Shown here one piece after another: positions 50,845 to 63,607 of a stretch of DNA of 64,000 nucleotides. The DNA comes from Octopus bimaculoides (lineage: Eukaryota), in the NCBI RefSeq assembly GCF_001194135.2, contig NC_068983.1, positions 9,317,037-9,381,036 on the forward strand, given 5' to 3'. Below the pieces are notes generated by a model that saw nothing but the letters and a program-made list of their open reading frames with translations, ran no database searches and was not told the origin of the DNA. Made by a program: the position numbers and the translations under genes. How positions within the stretch are numbered: the first letter of the stretch is position 1; each line of letters starts with the position of its first letter.

Positions 50845-51250
50845 AGCTGACAGAATCGTAAACACGCTGGAATAAATACCGAACAGAATTCCGTCCATCT
50901 TTACGTTCTAAGTTCAAATTCTGCCCATCTTTACATTCTAAGTTCAAATTCCGCCGAGGTCAGCTATGCCTTTCGTCCTCTCTTAGGATCGAGAAAATAA
51001 GTGTAAGTCGAGCACTGGGGTTGATATATAGTCGACTGTACCTCTTCCCGCAAATTCCAGGCCCTATACCTATAGTAGAAATGATTTTTTCTCCCTAAAC
51101 CAAGGTGGTTATCTTGCAAACTCATTAGCACGCCGATCAAAATGCTTGCCGGCATCTTACCCACCAAGTACTGGGGTCAATCTAAACAACTCTCACCTCC
51201 ACTCAAAACATTAGTTTCCTTGGTTTCCTTGTGCCACACTTTGAAACCAT
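50845..51250 (+). mobile_element. Two SINE family A copies in the opposite orientation
   Basis: GAGCTGACAGAATCGTAAACACG...(duplicated TTCTAAGTTCAAATTC)...; the second copy at about 51100-51250 is deleted. Confidence 0.75.
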
Positions 51251-53792
51251 TATTTCTTGCTACTATTTAAATACGCACTGCATTAAATATGTAGGCAGAA
51301 ACCTAACTGGTTTTTCGGGGTACTGATATCCCGAAATCATTAATGATCTAATGAATTCTGTATTTTTACGTTAATTAGTAAACACAGTCGTGTATATTTA
51401 TTTAAAATTACTTTCATTACTCTTAAGGCAAATACGATAAACTCTCTATTGTCGTAATGCGGCCCAAATACTGTATATAAATATTGGCGGGGGAGGTTCT
51501 CTTCCCCCACCCCCTACGCACACACACTCAAACACACATTCTTACAAAAGCACATATGACTAACTGCACTTTCTACGACGAAATATTCAAAATGTGATAT
51601 TGCTTTAAATTCAATTTATATATGGTTTCAATATATATATATTTACTCTTTCTCTCTTCATTTTGTTACTTTCTTTCCTCACTTTCCATGACATTGTAAT
51701 ATTTTGTGTTTATACACTTCTCGTAATTTCTAAAATTCTTCTTTCTGTTCGGGGTTATGTTTTTCCATTCATCCGCAGAAACATTATTCCTGTTGACAAA
51801 TTAAATTACATGGAAAAATACTCGGCGTTTTCACTCTTTTTATTAAACATTTTTTTCTTTTCTGATTTCCTTTATATTCTTCTTATTCTCATCAGCATCA
51901 TGAGAAACAGGCATTGACATAATATGAGGCCATCTCTTAGAAAAATGCCATGCTGGTGCGATGTGTCAACGACATGGTAACAGAAATCCCCTTCGTCGAG
52001 AATTTACAGAGAAATGGTTTCCTAACAAATGGGTCCTCGAAATGAAATTAATGTTGTGTCATTATGAAAATATCGATCAGAGATAATGGTGTAAACCTCG
52101 AGAATGTTCAATTTAATTTAATTTGGTAAAATAGAAGAAGAAAAGCATGTTAAATTTTGTCTTCTCTAAGAGATGCTAAAACATTACCTTCAACTCTTGT
52201 TCCCGTTATTTTTTTCTATCTTTACTTCTTAAACAGAATATGGTTCATTATCTTCTTCATTTTTTTTTTAGGTCGGATACATGCAGCTATCGGAAAAAAA
52301 AAGATATTTGCTTCTTTCAAAGTGTCAGGATTAAAATATGTATTTTTAAAAATGAGTGTTTAAAGGTGGGAGGGTTACCATTTATTTTAAACACCCACTA
52401 TCATTCCAGTCAATAAAACAGCTAAAAATATTTTCATAGCTAAACATATTTTTCTGTATTTGTCAGTTTTGTTTTATTACAATTTTTTAAACCCATTCAA
52501 CATTTTGAGATAACAAAAAAGAAAAACTAGTCATTGAATGAACGAAGCAACCTCTCGGTGGTCGCTTCACCTGCTAGCAAAAGTAGTTAAAGTATTCCTC
52601 AAATTGTATCCAAATGTCTTGGAAAGACAGGAAGAGGACCTCGAATAACCGCAGATATCCTTCGTGGCTCTCTTCATAAACACACGATATGAGAAGCACA
52701 GGATGACGATGACCGAAAGGTTATCATTAGCCTGTTTAACCAACAAGTTAGACATCAAGACAATGAACGCTTTACCACCTCATTTTTCGTTTCGATAGGA
52801 ACAACAGAGAAAGCTGGCGTTGCTGTCTTTGAAAAGATTGGATACTGTCGTCCGGAAAAAAAAACCTGAGCATGATGCGATTGCAGTTATTTCGATCAGA
52901 AGGCTGCAAGATCAGAGTCTGCCTGGAAATAAAGCACAAAAAAATCATTTTTATTTACATAATATTCCTACAGGGATTATTGAAGCCTTTTATGTTTTAA
53001 TTGCTAAACACATGCATACACAGTCATCTGAGATTAAACATATATGCATATTGCAGTACACCCCCGCCAACTATTCCAACATTATTTCAGCTTCATATAT
53101 ATATATTTTAGTCAGAAGGGAAAATGGTGTACACGATTCCCTACAAAGCTTACGAAACAGATATGAAGAGGAAGAAAATATTCTCATACAGGAAATCTGG
53201 CATAAATGCTCATTAGGATACGTTCACCGTCAACAATTCACTGCTTTTTTTTTTTTATGGAGTGGGGTCCAATAAAATCATTTTAAACTATTAATGGTGA
53301 GATACTATGGATATATATTCTCGTTAAAATTTCCCCACGGTGAACTTTCTTCAAGGTGAATTGATGGCGATGAACTCATCGGTAATTGTGATATTCACTG
53401 ACTTGTTCTTGCGGCGGCTTTCACTCGAGGTCGATTAAGCTGCCTCCAACAGTGTTCGGGTTTCAGTGGGAATACAATTTCACATGTGGGCCCCGGTCAC
53501 AGGCATAAACGCTTTGGGATAGTGCTATCCGTAGCAGCTCATCTTGCCGTTGATTATCAACAGTCGTAGAGGATTTGTTGATCAAGTTACTGCCGACTGC
53601 ATTTGAAGCGAGATCTAGGGACATGGTTTAACAAACGTTAATGGGCTCCTCACTCTCAGATGTCTTCCAGCACGCCGGAATTTCTGAAAGCCCGTGCAAT
53701 TGTTACATAGTCGTTGAACCTACACTAGGTTCATCTATCTTTTTAATAGGTCTTGTTTTTAGTCCGCCTGTGTATATAGAAACTCTCCTCAC

Positions 53793-53858
53793 CAGGAAAG
53801 CCAAGTGGGGTGTTCCGGTTCAGTCGCAGACGACGACCAGACCATGCAGCCGGTTGTA
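53793..53858 (-). other. Candidate 66-nt exon on the minus strand in a GC/CpG-richer island
   Basis: Acceptor TGTCTTTCATAACAG and donor CCTG/GTGAGG. Two frames are open (QPAAWSGRRLRLNRNTPLGFP or TTGCMVWSSSATEPEHPTWLS). Confidence 0.25.
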
Positions 53859-54345
53859 CTGTTATGAAAGACATTGTTCACGATTTGAGTTTTGCAAAGA
53901 CATTATTGATAATTTTTCGATTTATATTTTTTGCTAATCAGAGGTAATGATCATATTCGTTCAAAGAGATGGCATGCACGATGAGTGCATAGTTGGTTGG
54001 TTGGTTGGTTGGTTGGTTGGTCGTTCGGTCGGATGGATAGATGGATGGATGGATGGGTATATGTATGATCTTTCATCCAGGTTTATTTAAATTCCTTTTA
54101 CCCGGAATTCAAGCCAGTTATTTAGTTTTGACATAGGTTCTATGTTTGAATGAAAACGCTTCTAAAGATTCATGAATGTATGCATGCGAGTTGATGTGTT
54201 ACCTCTACGTGGAATTGATATATTTGTATATAAGTGAGTGTTTATGGTCACTTTTGAATGCACAAATATGCTTTTCACAGAGAGAAAGAGAGGTATACCT
54301 CTAGTGCGTAGAACTACCTGTCTATTTAACCCCCCTCTCTCTCTG

Positions 54346-54407
<62 letters not shown>

Positions 54408-54669
54408 TGTGTGTGTGTGAATGTGTGTGAATGCGTGTGTACGTTTATGGTTATGTGTGGCTATGTCTTTGTGTGTAGGTATATGTGTGTATCAGTGCGA
54501 GTATGTATGCTTATAAATATACGTATATATATATATAAATAATAAATGCTTCACCTCTGAGCTCATTTTCAATAATTCACGTTTTCTAGGTAAAATTTAT
54601 TTTGAACACTGTTTCAATCTAGTGCCACCTTACCAGTAAAGGTGAACCAGCTAGTGATGTTACATGGCC

Positions 54670-54800
54670 TCCCTTAATTGAGTCTGCATCACTTTCAGAA
54701 ATATCTAATGCTACAGATAAACTACGAATATATAAATCATGTGAGCCTGACGAGTTTCCTCTGGAACTACTTCAAGCAACTGACTCGGAATTCTAATTGA
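54670..54800 (+). mobile_element. LINE ORF2 fragment (RT domain-0 region)
   Basis: PPLIESASLSEISNATDKLRIYKSCEPDEFPLELLQA resembles EIxxAIxxLKxxKxxGPDxIPxELLK. Confidence 0.6.
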
Positions 54801-56199
54801 TTGACTCCTAGGAAAGGAAGGAATATATCTCACCTAATTCTTGGAGCAGGCTTTTCGTATGTCCATGCACATGAAATGTTTCTCTCACCTTGCATAAAAG
54901 CTACTGTCTTATTTCGTTAATAGAATTTTTCAGCAAATTGTGGAGTACGTTTTAAGTATATTTTAAAATGCTACGGTTTAAATACATTTTATATACTTTT
55001 TTTTTTACTTGGCAAGATTTTGTTTTTGTATTTTATTTTTGGCAAGATTCTTAATATGAACTCGTGTATTGAAATAAGTTTTGCTGTATTTAGAGAGTGT
55101 CATTGTGCACATGCAATAAGCACATGCACTGGTTAATTTTCACTTCTTTATCGTTTGTTAATTGACAAGCAATCTAACGAACTAACTAATCGATTGATTG
55201 ATTTATTGATTAACCGAGTAATAAAGCAAACAATCGATTAGTGGGATTGTTAATTGCTAACCAATTAACGAATAAAAATGAAGTGAAATATAACCTGTGT
55301 CTGTGTCTATAATTAGCATAATGACCCTTCCGGTGTACATAATAAAATTAACTAGAAAATATTTTTTTTAAATCCTTTAATTTTCCATTCATGATTATCA
55401 AATTTTATTTCTCCAAATAAGAATCTGTATCGATCATATATACTGTGGTGCCAACAAGCGATTATTCAATTTTCTTGTTGTTTGTTTTCTTGACATAACA
55501 GGAATTTTAATTAGATTCCCTGAAAGTGTAATTAAAATACTTCTCAGCCAATGGGTGGCCACCTACATCCGTTACTTTACTTCAAAATCATTATAAATCA
55601 CGAAGGTCATTTCTAAGTGTTGGAACACTGATGTGAGTTCTAGTAAGGATCCACTTGGAGACCATTGTTTTTTTTTCAATAACATAATAGATCACATCAT
55701 AAGTCACAGTTATTTCTTTCGCTTTTCAAAATTATGCCATTTCAATCCCCCACCCACTTACTCAAAGTCGCTTCTTTGATAGAAATATAGAAACTGTGGA
55801 TACCGAGATCATTTCCATAAATACAATATTTCTGCGGGCCTTCATCAAAAGCCTAACACTTGAAGCTGAATATTTTAGTTTAATTGTACACCACAGAAAC
55901 ATTCAGTGTTGAACCTGCCCTCATCTCAGATTTTGTTAAATGTTTCGTTGATCTACATAAAATCTCTGTTTATGCATTTGGGTTCAAAGTTCTCCAACAA
56001 AGAAGAAGTTAAAAGAGGATTTTGCAGACAAGAAATACTTCTGAAAATCTATATGATACGAGAATGAATATTAATTCAAAAATGAAATTGCCTGAATAGT
56101 TTGTAATTATGAGCGGAATACATGTTTAGTAATCAGAAAACCGGTCGTTATCTGTCAGTAGAGAACAAGGACTGGACACTTTTGACTGAAAATATGTCA

Positions 56200-56470
56200 G
56201 TTCAATAATGAAGTTTTAATGGCCTGCCGTTACCACAAACTCTAATGTATTTGTTGAGATCAGTAGCTTGTTTTGTTACAAATATTGCTGATCTCTTAAC
56301 TGTTCTCCATCAACACTTATTCAAATGGTTTGGCCATGTATTTAGAATGGAGAACTCTCGCTTAGAAGTTACGTGACTGAAATTATATGCAAACGAAGCA
56401 TAGCGCAGTTCAGATATCCAATAATCTACCCCAGTGTGTCAAAACGCAAAAGACGATTGCAACACATTTT
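56200..56470 (+). mobile_element. RTE-like LINE ORF2 C-terminal fragment
   Basis: NNEVL..., NIADLL..., FKWFGHVFRMENSRL and KRSIAQFRY match TNxEVL...RWxGHVxRMxxxRxPK...GKRxxGRPxxR. Confidence 0.65.
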
Positions 56471-58442
56471 AAAGGTGCCACAAGGAAAGCATTTCATAAC
56501 GGTTGGTTCGTGGCAGTGTAATTTGGCAAATATTTTATGGTGGGGTTCTCAGTTTTCTAAGACGTCATTCATGAAATGACACTGCAGAATAGAATAGAAT
56601 TACGTTGTGTGTATGATATATGTGTGTGAGTGAGTGTGTGTGTTTGTACGTGTGTGTGAGTGTGTGTGTGAACGTATAAAAAATGTAGGAAGACTAGTGG
56701 TGTTCTTCATCAGCAACAATTGTATTTATTGGTGTAATGTTTAAGTTCGCCTGTCAATGACACAAGAGTTTCAAAATTTTGGACAAACGTTTTCTTTTAA
56801 ACTCTTTATTCGTTCTTTCTCTATAAGAACATAGTCACAGTGTAGAATGACCAAAATTAGCACTGAATTACTTGTTGCCAATGTGTATGAACGATAGAAA
56901 CATAGAAGGTGAAAAGAACAGAACTTTGCAGAGGATGAGGTCGCGAAGGAGAATAAACTTGCAAAGTGTTGGGTGAACTATCGCGCTCCAAATTCGTTCC
57001 AGATGAATGGAGATGCATTTTTTTTAATGAAGCACCAGTTCCGATACAACTGCATAAGGTTATATATAACAGAGACATTTGATCACAGTTCATGTGGGGT
57101 CTGGTAAGGATCCACTTTGACACCATTATTTTTTCAATAACATAATTGGATCGTGACACATGTCATGCAATTATCTCTTTCACTTTACAAAATGATGCCA
57201 TCTCAATCCCCCACGCTCAAAGTTGCTTCTTTGATCGAAATATAATGTGTGACTACCGACATCATTTCCAAAATTACAGTATTTCTGCAGGGTTTTATCA
57301 AATATATATCAAAAGAAATTCTTCAGTCATTTCCTGCATTTCTCCGATGTGTCTAATGTCTCGTGGACTAAGGAATAAAATTTTCTTCTTCCTCGAAGCA
57401 TATGAATTAAAAACACTTTACTCTTTACCAATAAATACCTGTTTTATCAACTCATATCACCATTAGTATTTCTGAGTTCTGACATTTTGTGATATTCCAG
57501 GAAATCTTAACTCTGCTATGCCTAAATGCCTAAACATAAATAAATCAATTGGAACTTGTGTCACGCTGTGAGAATATATTTAACTTTTACTCTTCCACTT
57601 ACAATTATTTCACACTGAGACGCAACATTCTCATATTCTTTTACACTTATCCATTTTCCGTCTTCAAACTCAAATTCCGTTTCCTCTTCTCAACCACTTT
57701 TTTTTCTATGGTTTCTTTTCACGCGTGGAATCATAACTGATTATCTGTCAGTCTAATATTTTCTATCAATCTTCCCTGTGTCAACATTGCACTGATGTAA
57801 GAATGAAGAAAACCGTAAGCGCTTTCCCAGGGGGTTTTAACCTAAGTGCAGGAAACGATTTTCACAACGGCATACAAACGGCGTACGAACACAACAGCAT
57901 GTGAACTTTGACAACGGCATATAAAACTATATAATTGCGACCAGCTTCAGTTACCCATCCATCCTGCCCACGTTTCATCCAACAGAACATCCAAAATATG
58001 AACAATAGCGAAATATATCTCAACCTGAAAGGATGAAATAGCTGGATTCGAACTCAGCTCGATGGCGACTACAGCAAATGTTTTTACCAGATACTGTAAC
58101 GCTCAGCCATTCGACCACTGTATATACATACACATATATATGTCTCTGTATGCGTGTTTGTTGTATCTATCTATCTCTCTCTATATATATATATATATAA
58201 TTAACATAATATGGTAAAAATTCGATATTAATTAATATCAATTTAATACCAGGAAACTAGCACATTAAAAGAATCAGAAGGTTCTTGTAAAAAAATTTTT
58301 AGAGATCCTAAAAAGATTATAGTACTTGTGTATATAAGATTGACCAGTGACCGGTCTGTCAAAATGCTAGAAGAAGCTCTTCTTCTAGTATATATATATA
58401 TATATATATAATATTTTTTTATATCCATATAAAGTGTAATGG

Positions 58443-58795
58443 GTAAAGACCCCCTTCGGTCATGACTGACCATGGGATTGCACCTAGAAAGCCCCCACCC
58501 CACCCCGAGACACAAGTTTGGGCAAGGTTGTTAGTGGAAGACCAGCAGTCGCTCATGCATACCAGCCTCTCCTCTCTACGCCAGCAGTGTTATCCAAGGG
58601 AATGGCAAAGGCGAATACACCTTGGCACCAGTGACGTCACAACCCATTTCTACAGCTGAGTAAACTGGAGCAACGTTAAATAAAGTGTCTTGCTGAAGAA
58701 TATAACACGCAGCCCGCCCGGTCCGGGAATCAAACTCACTACCTCATGACTGTAAGCCCGACGCTCTAGCCAATGAACCATGCGTATATATGTGT
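58443..58795 (-). mobile_element. tRNA-headed SINE (family D head) with a distinct 3' tail
   Basis: Minus strand GCATGGTTCATTGGCTAGAGCGTCGGGCTTACAGTCATGAGGTAGTGAGTTTGATTCCCGG (A/B boxes), CAAGACACTTTATTTAACGTTGCTCCAG body, tail ...GACCGAAGGGGGTCTTTACC. Confidence 0.8.
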
Positions 58796-58878
58796 GAGAT
58801 ATGTGTGAGTATACATACACACATACATACATATATATATATATATATATCACAATCATACAATATATATGATGAAAA

Positions 58879-58913
<35 letters not shown>

Positions 58914-58924
58914 GAAAAAAATAT

Positions 58925-58926
58925 AG

Positions 58927-59001
<75 letters not shown>
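58925..59001. repeat. (GATA)n microsatellite
   Basis: Read directly from the sequence. Confidence 0.95.
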
Positions 59002-59002
<1 letters not shown>

Positions 59003-59394
59003 GCAACATATCATCTTATCACAGTTTACTTCTGTGTGAAAAATTAAACAATATTTTAGGTGATAATAATTCATTTATATATATATTTCTATATTTATTT
59101 CGTTACTGATTGTTCGTTGTTTACATTTGTTACGATAACCGCAAGCTATTATAACTTTAGCATTCTAGTGTCACAGTTCAATACTTTCATATTACAGCTT
59201 GGTAAATTATTTATATAAATTATGATCAACAAACTGATATCCATTCTAGGCTGGAACAATTCTTGTGAAATGAAGGTTTATGTCTACTGAAATTTATTAC
59301 ACTCACCTGACAGGGGAAAAAAATCGTTGTTGGTGAATTAGTTTTCGTATAAAGGCTATTTTGTATTACTATTGTTACTGTGAGTAATAGTCTC

Positions 59395-59660
59395 GAATTT
59401 TGACACGAGGCCAGCAATTTTAGTGGGAGTGGTAAGGCTATCAACTCTAGTACTCAACTAGCATTTCTTTTATCGATTCTGACAAATGAAAGTGAAAGTC
59501 GACCTTGGCGAAATTTTAGTTCAGATTTTAATATTAGGCCAGTAATTTTACGGGGAGGGGATCAATCGATTATATTGACCACACTGCTAACCTCGTACTT
59601 ACTTTATCGATTCTGAAAGAATGAAAAGCTATGTCGATATCAGCGGAATTTGAACTCATT
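59395..59660 (-). mobile_element. Two partial SINE family A copies
   Basis: GAAAGTCGACCTTGGCGAAATTT and GAAAAGCTATGTCGATATCAGCGGAATTTGAACTC. Confidence 0.7.
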
Positions 59661-59987
59661 AATTGTAACGAATATTAGCACAAGGCTGGTAAATTTCAAG
59701 GACGAGGGAAAAGTAAAGGTCGTAAGTTATATCTATGACAGCGCATACATAAATGCCTAACGTGGTCAGCCATTTCACCTTGCTCTCAGTTTTAAAATAA
59801 ACTAATTATTCTGTGGATCTTGCCCCAGTATATGGATGAGACAGCATTCTCGACAATAGGGACAACGGTTTTTTCTTCGTGGACTAAATAAACGATTCAT
59901 TGTAGATGCTGTTCTTTTGCGATTTTCTTTCTCTTGAATATAATGACCGGAAAATATGGAATATATATTATTTTCTTCTTATTTTAG

Positions 59988-59999
59988 TCAAGAGAGAAG
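59988..59999 (+). CDS. Candidate 12-nt microexon (TCAAGAGAGAAG)
   Basis: Strong acceptor ATTATTTTCTTCTTATTTTAG and donor AAG/GTGAAC; frame-preserving length. Confidence 0.2.
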
Positions 60000-60974
60000 G
60001 TGAACCACATAGCAGTTTACAGAATTACAGTACTTCCGAGACTGCTGAAATTTAAAGGGAAAGTACCTCGAAAGTGGAGCCTTGGGCTAAATAGTAGCAA
60101 CAATTAAGCACTCTAAATGTTCCCAAGATACCCATAGTGACATATGAACTAAGGAAGCAAAGAAAGGAAGCTAATACGACGAGGTATGGAGCCAAGCACT
60201 CACAAAATACCGCCGCTCTGGCTTCATAGCATTTATTTTGACTCCGAAATGACAGAAGAAGCAAACTCAACCTCGATAAGATTTGACTCAGAGTACAAAG
60301 ATTTGAAACGAACATTGAGCGATACTGTGTGTTAGATGCTCTAACGCTTCTACCAATTAGCCAGTTAATTTTATAATAAAATTTTACCAATTAGGTACCT
60401 TCTCTGCCAATTAGTTTACATTTAAACCTTGTCAGTTTTTGCAAGCAAATGGATAACTAATAGCTTGCTCGATATTTTCTTTATTTAACAAGGAAAGCGT
60501 TTTCATGTGTGCAATATTGTTAGGTGAGTTGTCAGTTTTGCTAACTTCACTAATGTTTAAACTAGAATTAAAAAACAAAACGAGTTATCTTTTTTTTCTG
60601 TTTTATTTCTTTTTCCTTCAAAAGAATGGCAGTATCTTCTTTAATAATATTTTTGTTCAGTTTCTGTTTTATTTCTGTTTACAATTTTTGCAACAGCTAG
60701 GTCGTTTGCTTATTGGGAGATGAGGTGTGTTTCGACTTCACGAAAAAAAGCTGTTTAAAATATCTCTTTCTCTCGCTTAATAAGCGGCGAAAAAAAATTA
60801 AGAAAGTTAGTACTCACCTTTCTTGAATTAATTGCAAGCAAATTAAAGTAGAAACATTTTCATCCAATTTACGAAAAATATTCTCTTAGATTAATGCATG
60901 ATAGAACTACAGCAGGAGATGATGTCCTCTTAATGTTAGATACAGTAATAATAATCGTAATAATAACATTTTCT

Positions 60975-61487
60975 AAGGCAGCGAACTAGCAGAAACGTTA
61001 AGCACGCCGGTCGAAATGCTTAGCGGTATTTCGTCCGCCGTTACGTTCCGAGTCCGAATTCCGTCGATTTCGACTTTGTCTTTCATCCTTTTGGGGTTGA
61101 TAAATTAAGTACCAGCAATTTCGGAGAGGGTTTACGTCGAATACAAGGACGCCAGTACTTCATTGGTACTTAATTTAACGACCCCGAAATGATGAAAGTT
61201 AAAGTAGAACTGTGCGAAATTTGAACTCACAAGGCAAAGACGGACGAAATGCCGCTGAACATCTTTCTCTAGCGTGTTAAAGTTTCAGCCAACTCCCTGA
61301 AAATGATAATAATAGTAGTAACAGTCCTTTCAACAAAAAGCACAAGGCCTGACATTTTGAGAGAGGGGACAATTCTTTCAAATAAAAGGCAAAGTTGACC
61401 TCGGCAGAATTTGAAATCAGAATGTAAAACCGGACGAAATACCCTAAGCATATTTCCTAGCACTAACGATTTTGCCAGCTCACCAAC

Positions 61488-61532
<45 letters not shown>

Positions 61533-61918
61533 TCTAGTATAGGTACAAGGCCTGAAATTTGGTTGGGGAGACCACCAGTCGATTACATCGATCCCAGTAC
61601 ATAACCCCCAAAGGATGAAAGGCAAAGTCGACCCAAGTGGCATTTGAACTCAGAATGTAGCGACGGCCAGCATTTCGTCCAGCGTGCTAACGATTCTGCC
61701 AGCTCACCACCTTAATAATAATGATGATGATTTCTGTTATAAGCACAAGTCCTGAAATTTGCGAGGGAAGGAAGTAGTCGATTACATCGACCTCAGTGTT
61801 TCACTGGTACTTAATCTATCCGCTCCGGAAGGATGAATTTGAAATCAGAACGTAGCGGCAGGCGATATATTGCTAAGCATTTCGCCCGGCGTGCTAACGT
61901 TTCTGCTAGCTCGCCGCC
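60975..61918. mobile_element. SINE family A cluster: one + copy (60975-61113) followed by four minus copies
   Basis: Minus copies at about 61115-61297, 61335-61487, 61530-61711 and 61733-61918, with (AAT)n-type spacers between the later copies. Confidence 0.85.
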
Positions 61919-61954
61919 GTAAGAATCATAGTTATTATCATTATTATTATTATT

Positions 61955-62480
61955 ATTATTCAGTGAGAGAGCAGTGCATGCATCAAAATGACACTGGGGT
62001 ACAAATAAACGAAGTCTAATATACCCATCATGACTGTTCGTCTGATAAGGCATCACTGGGCACATGCATCACTACCACATGTGCACAACATGGTGATCTC
62101 ATATCAAGATAAACAGTGCATGACCTTGCAGCTGGGGCCTAGTTACAATTTTCTACACGTCGTGTAGCCCATCTCACTCAAGAGGTCCCTGAATACGGTT
62201 TGTTTTAAGGATGATGAATGAAACACCCATGTTCCGTCTCAGCACATGGCTATGACGCTCCTCCGCTACTTCTGCTCGTGATCAGAGATGCACATATCGT
62301 CAGTCACCAAAGGACATGCTCAACTTGTTATGGTCAAACGATAGACAAGCAAATCTGTAGTATTGAGCAGAATATTTGCTGTAGCCCATCTTTTGTACCA
62401 TGACAAAAACACTGTACATGATAACACTTCCAATCAATTAAGATCAGAAGCCATGAGAGCCACTGCCTGATAGTGCATAT
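61955..62480. mobile_element. Probable interspersed repeat between (ATT)n tracts (class unassigned)
   Basis: About 520-bp GC-richer island bounded by (ATT)n on both sides, with no recognisable ORF. It resembles a recalled abundant Octopus repeat; unverified. Confidence 0.4.
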
Positions 62481-63088
62481 TATTATTATTATTATTCAGT
62501 AGTTTTATTTTTATAACGTGCTTTNNNNNNNNNNNNNNNNNNNNNNNNNNNNNNNNNNNNNNNNNNNNNNNNNNNNNNNNNNNNNNNNNNNNNNNNNNNN
62601 NNNNNNNNNNNNNNNNNNNNNNNNTATTTATATATATATATATACATGCATACATATATATATATATACACGCGTACACACGCGCATACACACACACGCG
62701 TGCACACGTTCACAATAGATATAATGTGAAATTATTCCACACAATTTAGGAGCATTTCTGACAATTTAATTGGGACACCAAGATAATGGCAAATTTTCTT
62801 ACAACAAGGAAGTTCAAGTTGGTACATGGTGGCAATGGCTAATTTGAAGTGAAGTAGACCAGGTCGAATAACTGGTTTGGGTTGGGCGATCAGCTTTTCT
62901 CTTTTACGAAATCCCTTGTATCTTCTTCCAATATTTCTCGAGTATCTTGCTGCCTTGTTATTATTATTGTTGTTAGGATCATCCTGCCATTATTTTCTGA
63001 CGTGGCGTTCCGCGGATTAAATTCCCCAATGTGTTCTTTTAGGTAGCAGACAGCATTTTATAGAAGATTTGACCGATATTGTTTGCAG

Positions 63089-63130
63089 ATCAAGCGACGG
63101 CATAGAGGCCTCACCGCAATTAAATGAAGC
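63089..63130 (+). CDS. Candidate 42-nt exon (SSDGIEASPQLNE)
   Basis: Acceptor GATATTGTTTGCAG and donor GTAAGT; frame-preserving, with one frame open throughout. Confidence 0.35.
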
Positions 63131-63607
63131 GTAAGTCGTGAGAATGTGTGAACATTTTTGACTTCCAGTAAATTTCATAAAATCTTAAGGCTGAGAGCAG
63201 TAAACTAGCACAGTAGTTAAAAATGTCGAATTGAATGCTTTGAGGTATGCAATCAGACTTTCTGCGCACTGATGCCGAACACTCACGCGGCCAAATTTCC
63301 TTCATCCTTTCAAGGTTGATAAATAAAATGCTCAAAGGAAGCAATAATACCCTCTTTTGTGCAACACGAAAAATCCTACATAGACAAGTCTTTAAAAATC
63401 TCTTCTATGCATGCAGAATGCTTTCGGATCTCTAAAGTCAAAATCTACGGTATACATGTAATGTTACCCAAAGTATATACAATGGCCTCTTTCACAGAAT
63501 ACTCTAATGTCCACAGCAGCAAAGTATTTGATTTCATACATTATTACTCATGTATAATCAATATATTCAGCAACCTGTCAAGAAATATTATAAAATGCTG
63601 ACTAGAA

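Noticed and set aside
52820-53275. 151-aa ORF MLSLKRLDTVVRKKKPEHDAI...
   Set aside because: It has a TTG start, AT-rich low-information composition and no recognisable domain or splice structure.
62740-62990. About 85 open codons on the minus strand without a start codon
   Set aside because: Within chance expectation for 64 kb; no motif or usable acceptor.
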